From: Actinomycetota bacterium
GTDB lineage: Bacteria > Actinomycetota > Thermoleophilia > Gaiellales > F1-60-MAGs149
Length of the DNA stretch: 51,131 nucleotides
Assembly (NCBI GenBank): GCA_005798855.1
Contig: SYIF01000089.1
Span: forward strand, 1-51,131
Direction of reading: 5' to 3'
Shown here one piece after another: positions 25,774 to 33,367 of this stretch; within the stretch, counting starts at the first letter, position 1; each line of letters begins with the position of its first letter. The notes beneath the pieces were generated by a model. The model worked only from the letters and a program-made list of their open reading frames with translations, was not told the DNA's origin and did not search any database. A program made the position numbers and the translations under genes.

Positions 25774-26468
25774 TGCTCGCGGGACGGAGAGGGCAGGCAA
25801 CCACCGAGTGGATCGCGATGCTGATGGCATGTACCGTGCTCGCCACGGTGGGCTTGAAGTTCGCGAATGCCCGTCTCGTGACCATGCCGCCGCTCTCGCC
25901 GATGATGGCAGAGATCGGTCAGCAGTCCACGCGGCAGAGCGACGCTCTGGGAGCGGCGCAATTTTTCGGTTTCTTTCCGGTCGCATCCCTACCACACATC
26001 GAGGGGAACTCGATCGTCGCAATCGCCGAGCGCCTAGAGCGGCTACGCATCGTGGAGGTGCCATTCGGCTCGAATACCGGCCCGGGGATCATCGACTTTA
26101 CCGACGGCAATGTCGAGGCGTGGTGTGCCGATTTCGTCTCCTGGGTGTTGCGAGCTGCAGGACGACCATTCACCGGTGGTGCGTCTGGTGGCTGGCGGTT
26201 GGCATGGACGCTCGATGTGCGGAGCTGGTTCGCCGAGCGGGGTGCATTTCGCGACCGGCTCGTCGCCGACCCACAGCCAGGCGACGTTGTCTGGTTCACG
26301 TTCGGCCACGTTGGCATCGTGCGACGAGCTACGCCAACAACGATCGACACGATTGAAGGCAACTCGGCCAACGCTGTCAGTGCACACACCTATGAGAACT
26401 GGCGGCTCAATTCGAACATCGGCGGATTTGGGCGTCCTATCGGCGACAACACGTCCGCGGGGTACTGA
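25773..26468 (+). CDS. CHAP-domain peptidoglycan hydrolase with an Flp/TadE-type N-terminal leader
   Basis: The N-terminus is MLAGRRGQATTEWIAMLMACTVLA. The CHAP catalytic pattern is WCADFVSWVL ... GDVVWF.FGHVGIV ... TIEGNS. The start overlaps the tadC stop (TGATG). Confidence 0.75.
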   Translation: MLAGRRGQATTEWIAMLMACTVLATVGLKFANARLVTMPPLSPMMAEIGQQSTRQSDALGAAQFFGFFPVASLPHIEGNSIVAIAERLERLRIVEVPFGSNTGPGIIDFTDGNVEAWCADFVSWVLRAAGRPFTGGASGGWRLAWTLDVRSWFAERGAFRDRLVADPQPGDVVWFTFGHVGIVRRATPTTIDTIEGNSANAVSAHTYENWRLNSNIGGFGRPIGDNTSAGY

Positions 26469-26526
26469 GAGATTTGCCCGCTGCGAGGCTCGCTACACTC
26501 AGCAAATCCGATATGGGATTTGCCAC

Positions 26527-27675
26527 GTGCGCCGTCGTCTTGTGACCCTATGTGCGGTCGTTGCCATCGCAGCGATTGCCGTCCCAGTTGCTGCTGCGCG
26601 CAGTATGGCTCCGCGCGCCGACACGCTGACGCTCGCCTTTGAAGGCCCCTTGACGGGTGGCCAGGCCGCTAATGGGCAAGACATGTTGCGGGGCACCAAG
26701 CTCGCCATTGCCGAGATCAACAAGGCTGGCGGCGTGCTTGGGATGCAGATCAAGCTGATCACCGGCAACGACAAGGCAACGGCGTCGATTGGGGTAACCG
26801 TCGCCGAGAACCTCGTCAAGCAGAAGCCATTTGGACTGATTGGACCTTACAACTCGTCCGTCGGCCTCGCCAACCTGCCGATCTACATCGCTGGTGGCGT
26901 GTTTCCCGTCCAGCTCACCTCGACCGATGACACTAAGAACTTGGGCATCACAGTGCAGCCGAAGAACTCTCAGATCTCGCCCGTCGAGGTCCAGTGGATG
27001 ACCGAGCAAAAAGCCGGCAAAGTCTCGATCCTGTTCGATCCTGACACCTACACCAAGGGCATGGCGGACCGCATGTTCGCGGCGCTCAACAAAAAGGGTG
27101 TGCTGGTGACGAAAATCGCCATCGATCCCAAGAGCAAGGACTACAGCGCGCAAGTCGCGCAGGCCGTGACAAACAATCCTGATGTCGTCTACGTCAGCAC
27201 CTACTACCCCGAGGGCGCCATCATCGCCAAGAACCTACTCGCATCGCAGGCCGGCCATCCGACCAAGTGCTTCATGGGCCTCGCCAACCAAGACGCGGTG
27301 TTCGTAGAGCAAGCCGGTATTCCGGCAGCATCGGCCTGCACGTTTAGTGGCGTGCCGACGCCAAGCCAGTTTGGCAATTCCAAGTCGACGGCGTACGTCT
27401 CAAACTACGCCAAAAAGTTCAACACCAACCCAGGCCCGTGGGGGATCTTCACGTACGACTCGGTCTACACGATGGTCAGCGCGATTCGACGTGCGCGTGG
27501 CCTCAGTTACCGCGCCGTTTCAAAGCAGGCCTTTCACACCACGAATCTCTCCGGCGCAACGGGTAGAATCACGATCGATCCGAAGACTGGATACCGCTCG
27601 AACGTCCCCGTCGCGATCCTGAACGTAGACGCGACGACCGGCAAGTTCGTACTCAGCAAGCTCTACACGAAGTAG
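26527..27675 (+). CDS. ABC transporter substrate-binding protein, Leu/Ile/Val-binding (LivJ-like) family
   Basis: The GTG start is followed by a signal peptide (VRRRLVTLCAVVAIAAIAVPVAAA). Family motifs follow: G.LTG..A..G.....G..LAI.EIN.AGGVLG....L...D. No permease or ATPase genes are adjacent. Confidence 0.8.
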   Translation: MRRRLVTLCAVVAIAAIAVPVAAARSMAPRADTLTLAFEGPLTGGQAANGQDMLRGTKLAIAEINKAGGVLGMQIKLITGNDKATASIGVTVAENLVKQKPFGLIGPYNSSVGLANLPIYIAGGVFPVQLTSTDDTKNLGITVQPKNSQISPVEVQWMTEQKAGKVSILFDPDTYTKGMADRMFAALNKKGVLVTKIAIDPKSKDYSAQVAQAVTNNPDVVYVSTYYPEGAIIAKNLLASQAGHPTKCFMGLANQDAVFVEQAGIPAASACTFSGVPTPSQFGNSKSTAYVSNYAKKFNTNPGPWGIFTYDSVYTMVSAIRRARGLSYRAVSKQAFHTTNLSGATGRITIDPKTGYRSNVPVAILNVDATTGKFVLSKLYTK

Positions 27676-27773
27676 TGGGAATGCCAGCGGCGCATCGTTC
27701 GTCTATGAGATAGACGGGCGACGCGCCCGGCATACTCTTCACTATCACAGCTTTGCCCCAGAAGGAGCACCAC

Positions 27774-28106
27774 ATGTCCGATGCACTCGAGATCAACAGC
27801 GCCAACTTCCAGGGCGAAGTCATCGAATCTGACATCCCCGTCCTGATCGACTTCTGGGCCGAGTGGTGTGGGCCGTGCAAGGCGTTGTCGCCGATCATCG
27901 ACGAGCTCGCTGGCGAGTACGCAGGCAAGATCAAGATCGCCAAGCTCGACGTTGATGCCGAGCCCGGCCTAGCCGGCCAGTACGGCGTCCTCTCGATTCC
28001 GATGGTTGCGCTGTTCAAGGACGGCGAGGTCGTCGAGCGATCCGTCGGTCTGAAGCCCAAGGATCGGCTCGTTGCCGATCTCAACCTCAGCACGCATTCC
28101 GCCTAG
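27774..28106 (+). CDS. trxA: thioredoxin
   Basis: The WCGPC active site is present, with a GAAGGAG RBS. The ORF is 110 aa. Confidence 0.93.
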   Translation: MSDALEINSANFQGEVIESDIPVLIDFWAEWCGPCKALSPIIDELAGEYAGKIKIAKLDVDAEPGLAGQYGVLSIPMVALFKDGEVVERSVGLKPKDRLVADLNLSTHSA

Positions 28107-28117
28107 ACTCTCCCTCT

Positions 28118-29944
28118 GTGGAGAGGGGGAAACGCGTGGAATACGCGGCGATTGAAGATCATGGGATCATCGGCGACCTCCATTCGGTAGCGCTCGTCAC
28201 CGAGCAAGGCGCGATCGACTGGTACTGCTGTCCACGCTTCGACTCGCCCAGCGTCTTCGGTGGGATTCTCGACCAAGAAAAGGGCGGGTCGTTCCGCATC
28301 GGCCCGCAGGATCGCGATGTACGGGCGAAACAGCTCTACCTCCCTGACACGAATGTTCTGATCACGCGTTTTCTCTCGAGTACGGGCGTCGGCGAACTGG
28401 TCGATTTTATGCCCGTTGGCTCGGTTGAGGAAGATCGCCACCGCATCGTGCGCACCGTGCAGTGCGTGCGGGGACACATGCATTTTCAGCTCGACTGCTC
28501 GCCGCGCTTCAACTACGGTCGCACCGAGCACGCCATCCAGGTTGATGAGCACGGAGTGGTGTTCGAGACTGACGACCTCACGCTCGCCCTCGATTCGCCG
28601 GTGGCTTTGACAATAGACGGTGGAGATGTTCATGCCTTCTTTACGCTCGAAGCGGGCCAGCGCGTGACGTTCGTCCTCGAGCGCGTTCCCGCTGACGGCC
28701 ACTCAGCGCGACCATTTCCGCCCGAAGTCTGTGAGCACCTCTTCTCCGAGACCGTAAAGTTTTGGCGTGACTGGCTGCATCAGTGCACGTACCGCGGACG
28801 CTGGCGCGAGACGGTGCGCCGTTCTGCCCTGGTCTTAAAGCTGCTGTGTTACCGGCCGACCGGCGCAATCGTCGCGTCGCCAACCATGTCGCTGCCAGAA
28901 ACGATCGGCGGTTCTCGCAACTGGGACTATCGCTACACCTGGATTCGCGACTCGTCGTTTACACTCTTCGCCTTCCTCAAGCTCGGCTTTAAGGAAGAGG
29001 CCAGCCAGTTCATGGCGTTCCTCAAGGAGCGCGCCCTCGAGCAGCACTCGTCAAATGCTAGACCACTCCAGATCATGTACGGCATTGACGGGCGACACGA
29101 ACTCGAAGAGTTCGAGCTCGACCACCTCTCGGGGTATCGCAACTCCCAGCCCGTCCGGGTCGGCAACGGTGCTGCTGGCCAGTTACAGCTCGACATCTAC
29201 GGCGAGCTGATCAACAGCATCTACCTGTACAACAAGTCGGGTGCCCCAATTGACTATGAGCTCTGGACGGTTCTCGTGGAGCTATTGGATTGGCTCTCCG
29301 AGAATTGGGATTCCAAAGACGAGGGGATCTGGGAGGTGCGCGGCGGACCGCAGCACTTCACCTATTCACGCGTGATGAGTTGGATCGCCTTCGACCGCGC
29401 ACTGCGTATCGCCGAAGCGCGCGGCTTTCCCTGCCCACGCATTCGTTGGCGCGAGACGCGTGACGCAATCTACGAACAGGTCATGCAACGCGGCTATTCG
29501 AAGAAGCGCCAGGCCTTTGTTCAGGTGCTCGATGGTGACGTGCTCGACGCGTCGACACTGATGATGGTGATGGGCCATTTCATCGCACCCAACGACCCAA
29601 TGATGCTCTCGACGATCGCCGCGATTCGCGACGAACTTGTGACGGATTCGCTCGTCTACCGCTACAACCCCGAGCTCGCTGCTGACGATGGTCTGGGGGG
29701 AGAAGAGGGGACCTTCTCGATCTGCACGTTCTGGTGGGTCGAGGCTCTGGCGCGGTCCGGTAACATCGACGAGGCTCGCCTGGCCTTCGAGAAGATGCAG
29801 ACTTATGCCAACCATCTCGGGTTGTACTCCGAGGAGATTGGCGCATCGGGCGAGGCGCTCGGGAACTTTCCACAGGCGTTTACGCACCTCTCGCTGATCT
29901 CGGCTGCTCTGTTCCTCGATCGCGCGATCGACAACGTCGGCTGA
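28118..29944 (+). CDS. glycoside hydrolase family 15 (glucoamylase/trehalase-like)
   Basis: The N-terminus reads IEDHG.IGD..S.ALV...G.IDW.C.PRFDSPSVF. Further motifs are NWDYRY.WIRD, LQLDIYGE and IWE.RG. The start is uncertain (28118 or GTG 28136). Confidence 0.85.
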   Translation: MERGKRVEYAAIEDHGIIGDLHSVALVTEQGAIDWYCCPRFDSPSVFGGILDQEKGGSFRIGPQDRDVRAKQLYLPDTNVLITRFLSSTGVGELVDFMPVGSVEEDRHRIVRTVQCVRGHMHFQLDCSPRFNYGRTEHAIQVDEHGVVFETDDLTLALDSPVALTIDGGDVHAFFTLEAGQRVTFVLERVPADGHSARPFPPEVCEHLFSETVKFWRDWLHQCTYRGRWRETVRRSALVLKLLCYRPTGAIVASPTMSLPETIGGSRNWDYRYTWIRDSSFTLFAFLKLGFKEEASQFMAFLKERALEQHSSNARPLQIMYGIDGRHELEEFELDHLSGYRNSQPVRVGNGAAGQLQLDIYGELINSIYLYNKSGAPIDYELWTVLVELLDWLSENWDSKDEGIWEVRGGPQHFTYSRVMSWIAFDRALRIAEARGFPCPRIRWRETRDAIYEQVMQRGYSKKRQAFVQVLDGDVLDASTLMMVMGHFIAPNDPMMLSTIAAIRDELVTDSLVYRYNPELAADDGLGGEEGTFSICTFWWVEALARSGNIDEARLAFEKMQTYANHLGLYSEEIGASGEALGNFPQAFTHLSLISAALFLDRAIDNVG

Positions 29945-29975
29945 TCGACAATCGCTTCCTGTAGGGTTCCTCCCT

Positions 29976-30308
29976 GTGAACATCGCCAACGACGCCAACG
30001 CCCTCAAGGCTCGCGCCCGTCACTTCGGTTTCCAAGTCTTTCTTCAGCCTGCGCGCCCCGAGGGGTGGTACGCCACGATCCGACCGGCCGGCAATTCCCT
30101 GACGGAGCCCATGCAGATTCTCGCGTCAACCCGTGAGGAGGCGATCGCTTCGGCGTCGAAGTTGTTCGAAGACAAGCTGGCCGATCAGCTTGTTGCCACG
30201 CTGCGGAACGCGGGTGTGGCTGTACCTAACTGGACGCCCGGCCAGGACTGGGACGAGCACATCGAGGCGATGGCAACCGCTGTGCGCGAGCACGGTCTTC
30301 TCGTCTAG
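29976..30308 (+). CDS. hypothetical protein
   Basis: 110-aa ORF with coding-like composition. No domain was recognised. Confidence 0.45.
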   Translation: MNIANDANALKARARHFGFQVFLQPARPEGWYATIRPAGNSLTEPMQILASTREEAIASASKLFEDKLADQLVATLRNAGVAVPNWTPGQDWDEHIEAMATAVREHGLLV

Positions 30309-30317
30309 CCGATCAGC

Positions 30318-31145
30318 ATGAGCCCGACCCGCCCGAAGATCGCGGTCGTGGGGCATGTGGAATGGGTGCTGTTTGGGCGGGCGGCAGCGCCACCGACTTC
30401 GGGTGAGATCGTGCATCTCGCCGAGCCATTCGAAGAACCCGCTGGAGGTGGCGCGGTCGCTGCCATTGCCCTGGCTCGCGCTGGTGCTGAGGTTGTCTTC
30501 GTGACCGCGTTGGCCAACGATGCCGAGGGCGCGGCGACACGCGAGCGAATGCTGGCTGAAGGAATTGACCTGCGGGTGTCTGAGCGGGCTGGGCGTCAGG
30601 CGCGCGCTGTCACGATCCTCGATGACGCCGGTGATCGCACGATCATCGTGTCGCAACCGAACGAGTACCCGCGTGGCGACGATCCGCTCGGCTGGGAGAG
30701 TCTCGCTGACTGTTCGGCGGTGTACGCGACCTGTGGCGAGCCCTCAGGTATCGCGGCGGCTCGTGCTGCCGGGGCGCTGGTCTGCTCGGCGCGCCAACTT
30801 GAGGCCTTGATTGAAAGTGGCGTGAAGGCAGATGTAGTCGTGAGTTCGCTGACGGATCGTGGCGAAGAGGTCGATTTTCGCGTACTCGGCAAGCACACGA
30901 ACGCGATTGTCCTGACCGACGGCGACCGCGGTGGGCGATGGATGTCCACGGATGATTCGGGCCTTTGGGATGCCGTCTCGCTCCCGAGTGACCCCGTCGA
31001 TACGTATGGCGCCGGTGACTGTTTTGCGGCTGGACTGACCTACGGCCTCGGTTTGGGCTTGCCGCTCGGGGCAGCGGTCCAGACCGGTGCAGCCTGGGGA
31101 GCAGAGACCGTCTGTCGCCGCGGCCCGTACGGCATCGCGCTGTAG
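30318..31145 (+). CDS. PfkB-family carbohydrate/nucleoside kinase
   Basis: It has a ribokinase-like fold pattern and the C-terminal DTYGAGDCFAAG motif. Confidence 0.8.
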   Translation: MSPTRPKIAVVGHVEWVLFGRAAAPPTSGEIVHLAEPFEEPAGGGAVAAIALARAGAEVVFVTALANDAEGAATRERMLAEGIDLRVSERAGRQARAVTILDDAGDRTIIVSQPNEYPRGDDPLGWESLADCSAVYATCGEPSGIAAARAAGALVCSARQLEALIESGVKADVVVSSLTDRGEEVDFRVLGKHTNAIVLTDGDRGGRWMSTDDSGLWDAVSLPSDPVDTYGAGDCFAAGLTYGLGLGLPLGAAVQTGAAWGAETVCRRGPYGIAL

Positions 31146-31206
31146 CTCATCGCTCGTTCGGAGTTGTCGCTTGGGTTCGTGGCCACGATCCAGAGTCACG
31201 CGTGGT

Positions 31207-31250
31207 GCAGGGAGGACATGACAAGTGCGCACTTGTCATGTCCTCCCTGC
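31207..31250. repeat. 44-bp perfect palindrome (22-bp arms, no spacer)
   Basis: GCAGGGAGGACATGACAAGTGC is followed immediately by its reverse complement, GCACTTGTCATGTCCTCCCTGC. It lies 61 nt downstream of the PfkB stop. Confidence 0.9.
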
Positions 31251-31411
31251 ATTGAGGGGACTGAGTTGATGGTGCTGTGGCCGGTTTTGTGATCGGTTCA
31301 AGGGTGGCGCTGGCGGTGGGGCACGGTGGGGGATTGGCTTTGGCGTGCTGTCACAAAGTTTGGATGGCACGATCGGGTCTGGGGTCCCTTTTCGGCTCAA
31401 CCATGCTAATA

Positions 31412-31425
31412 CGAACATATGTTCG
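31412..31425. promoter_or_regulatory. perfect SOS (Cheo) box CGAACATATGTTCG, putative LexA site
   Basis: This is an exact palindromic match to CGAAC-N4-GTTCG. It lies 16 bp upstream of the predicted -35 element of the mraZ promoter. Confidence 0.6.
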
Positions 31426-31440
31426 ACTCGAACGAAATAG

Positions 31441-31472
31441 TTGCAAGGTGGGAGCTAGTGGGGTATAGTGGG
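31441..31472 (+). promoter_or_regulatory. dcw (Pmra) promoter overlapped by three phased MraZ boxes
   Basis: The -35 is TTGCAA (31441-46), followed by a 17-bp spacer and the -10 TATAGT (31464-69). GTGGG occurs at 31448, 31458 and 31468, which is exactly 10-bp phasing. Confidence 0.7.
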
Positions 31473-31533
31473 GCAAATTGGTACGGAAGGGGAACCCGTG
31501 TGGGGACTCCGGACACCAGAGAAATGACCCGAA

Positions 31534-31968
31534 ATGCTGCTTGGTGAATACGCTCAGAAGCTCGATGAGAAGAACCGCGTGACGGTTCCTGCTCGTCTGC
31601 GTGAGCCATTCGCCGACGGCCTGTTCGTCACGCGAGGCCTTGATCACTGCGTCGCGATCTACGCCCGTGACGGCTGGGAAAGCTTTGTTGAAGCGCAGAC
31701 CTCGCGACTCGATCCGTTTACCCGCGAAGGCCGCCAGCTCGAGCGTTTCCTCTTCGGTGGCGCTGTCGAAGCCGAGCTCGACCGGCAGGGACGCGTCGCA
31801 CTACCCGCTCCACTCATGCAGCACGCCGTGCTCCAGCGCGAGATCGTCGTCGTTGGTGTTCGTGATCGACTCGAAATTTGGGATCGCGTGGCCTGGGAAC
31901 GTGGCCTCGCCGACTTGGAAGGCAGTGCCGAAAATGTCGCCGAGCGCCTGGTCCGTGATGCCCGCTAA
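31534..31968 (+). CDS. mraZ: transcriptional regulator MraZ
   Basis: The N-terminus reads G......LD.KNRV.VPA..R. There are two SpoVT/AbrB-like halves, and it is the first gene of the dcw cluster. Confidence 0.93.
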   Translation: MLLGEYAQKLDEKNRVTVPARLREPFADGLFVTRGLDHCVAIYARDGWESFVEAQTSRLDPFTREGRQLERFLFGGAVEAELDRQGRVALPAPLMQHAVLQREIVVVGVRDRLEIWDRVAWERGLADLEGSAENVAERLVRDAR

Positions 31969-32929
31969 CGCCGCAATCCATGATCCCGTGCTCGCGCACG
32001 AAGTCGTGGCTCTGCTCGACGTGCAGCCCGGCATGACCGTCGTCGACGGCACCTTTGGTGCTGGTGGACACGCCACAATGCTGGCTGAATTGATGCAGGG
32101 GCGTGGGGCCTACGTCGCGATCGATCGCGACCCCTCGGTCGAGAACCGGGCCCGCTCGTTTCGCGCCTCGCATCCCGATATGGCGGTGCGGCTCCTCAAG
32201 CGCGATTTCGTCGAGGCCTTCCGCTCGCTCGCCGTTGAGAACGTCGAAGCCGATGCGATCCTGCTCGACCTTGGCGTCTCCTCGATGCAAATCGACCAGC
32301 CTGAGCGCGGCTTCTCCTACGCCGTCGATGCGCCGCTCGACATGCGTATGGATCCCCGTGGGGGCGCCACCGCCGCCGACCTGCTGGCCAACCTCTCGGA
32401 GCGCGAGCTCGCCGACATGTTCTCGCGCTACGGCGAAGAGCGCTATTCGCGACAGATTGCTCGCGCCATCTGCCGTCGCCGCATGTCGCAGCCCTACGAG
32501 CGCAGCGCCGACCTCGTCGATACGATCCGCCACGCGATTCCGACGCCCGCACAGTTTGGCTCGGGGCACCCCGCCAAGCGCGTCTTTCAGGCACTTCGCA
32601 TCGCCGTTAACGACGAGCTTGCGATGGTCGAAGACGGTCTCGATGCGGCCATGCAGATCCTCAAGCCTGGCGGCCGCATCGCTGTCATTTCGTTCCATTC
32701 GCTCGAGGATCGGATCGCCAAAGAGCGGTTCCGTGATGCCTCTGCACCGTGCACGTGCGCGCCTGATCTTCCGATCTGCGGGTGCAATCGTGAGGCCACG
32801 CTGCGTGTCTTGACGCCTCGGGTGATTCGTCCGGGCTCGTTCGAAACTGACCGTAATCCTCGCGCCGCTTCGGCGCGCCTACGCGTCGCAGAACGAACCG
32901 CTGCCGCCCTACCGAAGGACGCTGCCTGA
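31958..32929 (+). CDS. rsmH: 16S rRNA (cytosine1402-N4)-methyltransferase RsmH
   Basis: Motifs: H.PVL..E........G...VD.TFGAGGH, LLDLGVSS.Q.D...RGFS, SFHSLEDR.K. Confidence 0.92.
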   Translation: MPANAAIHDPVLAHEVVALLDVQPGMTVVDGTFGAGGHATMLAELMQGRGAYVAIDRDPSVENRARSFRASHPDMAVRLLKRDFVEAFRSLAVENVEADAILLDLGVSSMQIDQPERGFSYAVDAPLDMRMDPRGGATAADLLANLSERELADMFSRYGEERYSRQIARAICRRRMSQPYERSADLVDTIRHAIPTPAQFGSGHPAKRVFQALRIAVNDELAMVEDGLDAAMQILKPGGRIAVISFHSLEDRIAKERFRDASAPCTCAPDLPICGCNREATLRVLTPRVIRPGSFETDRNPRAASARLRVAERTAAALPKDAA

Positions 32930-33354
32930 TGGCCGTTGCCGTTCCGCGCCCAACCACTGCGCCACCGCGGCCACGCCGCAAGCCCGCCCCACGCCCCATC
33001 GACGCTGCCAAAGCAGCACCGCGACGTCGAGCAGCGACGCGTCGCACACGCGCCACGCGAGCCTCCGTCAACGGACGGCTCGCGCCTTTTAAGATCGCAA
33101 CGATGATCGCGCTTATTGGTGTTGTGCTCTCCCTCGTGGTCTATCTCCATGCCTCGTCCCTCCGCGGCACGATGCAGGCTGGTGAGTTGCGCACCCAGAT
33201 TGAAGCCACCCAGAACGACGCCGTAAGCATCCAGGCTGAAACTGAACAGCGGCTTGCAGATGGTCGCGTCGAGCGGGCCGCTGCGGCCTTCGGCATGGTG
33301 CTCGTGCCGTCGCAGGCCATGCGAACGCTACCGATTAGAATTCCGAAGGATTAG
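32929..33354 (+). CDS. ftsL: cell division protein FtsL-like (basic N-terminus, one TM, coiled coil)
   Basis: Its position is between rsmH and ftsI. It has a single TM helix followed by a helical region. It has a TGATG overlap with rsmH. Confidence 0.7.
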   Translation: MAVAVPRPTTAPPRPRRKPAPRPIDAAKAAPRRRAATRRTRATRASVNGRLAPFKIATMIALIGVVLSLVVYLHASSLRGTMQAGELRTQIEATQNDAVSIQAETEQRLADGRVERAAAAFGMVLVPSQAMRTLPIRIPKD

Positions 33355-33367
33355 CAGACTCACTCAC

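Noticed and set aside
26110-26526. 5' extension of the solute-binding protein ORF (521-aa track version)
   Set aside because: The extension overlaps the CHAP gene in another frame and has no signal peptide. The GTG at 26527 is followed immediately by a classical signal peptide.
31236-31418. 60-aa minus-strand ORF starting inside the SOS box, considered as an SOS-induced division inhibitor
   Set aside because: It is Pro-rich and low-complexity, with no TM segment and no RBS, and it ends inside the 44-bp palindrome. It is more likely non-coding. The point is kept only as a caveat in the SOS-box finding.
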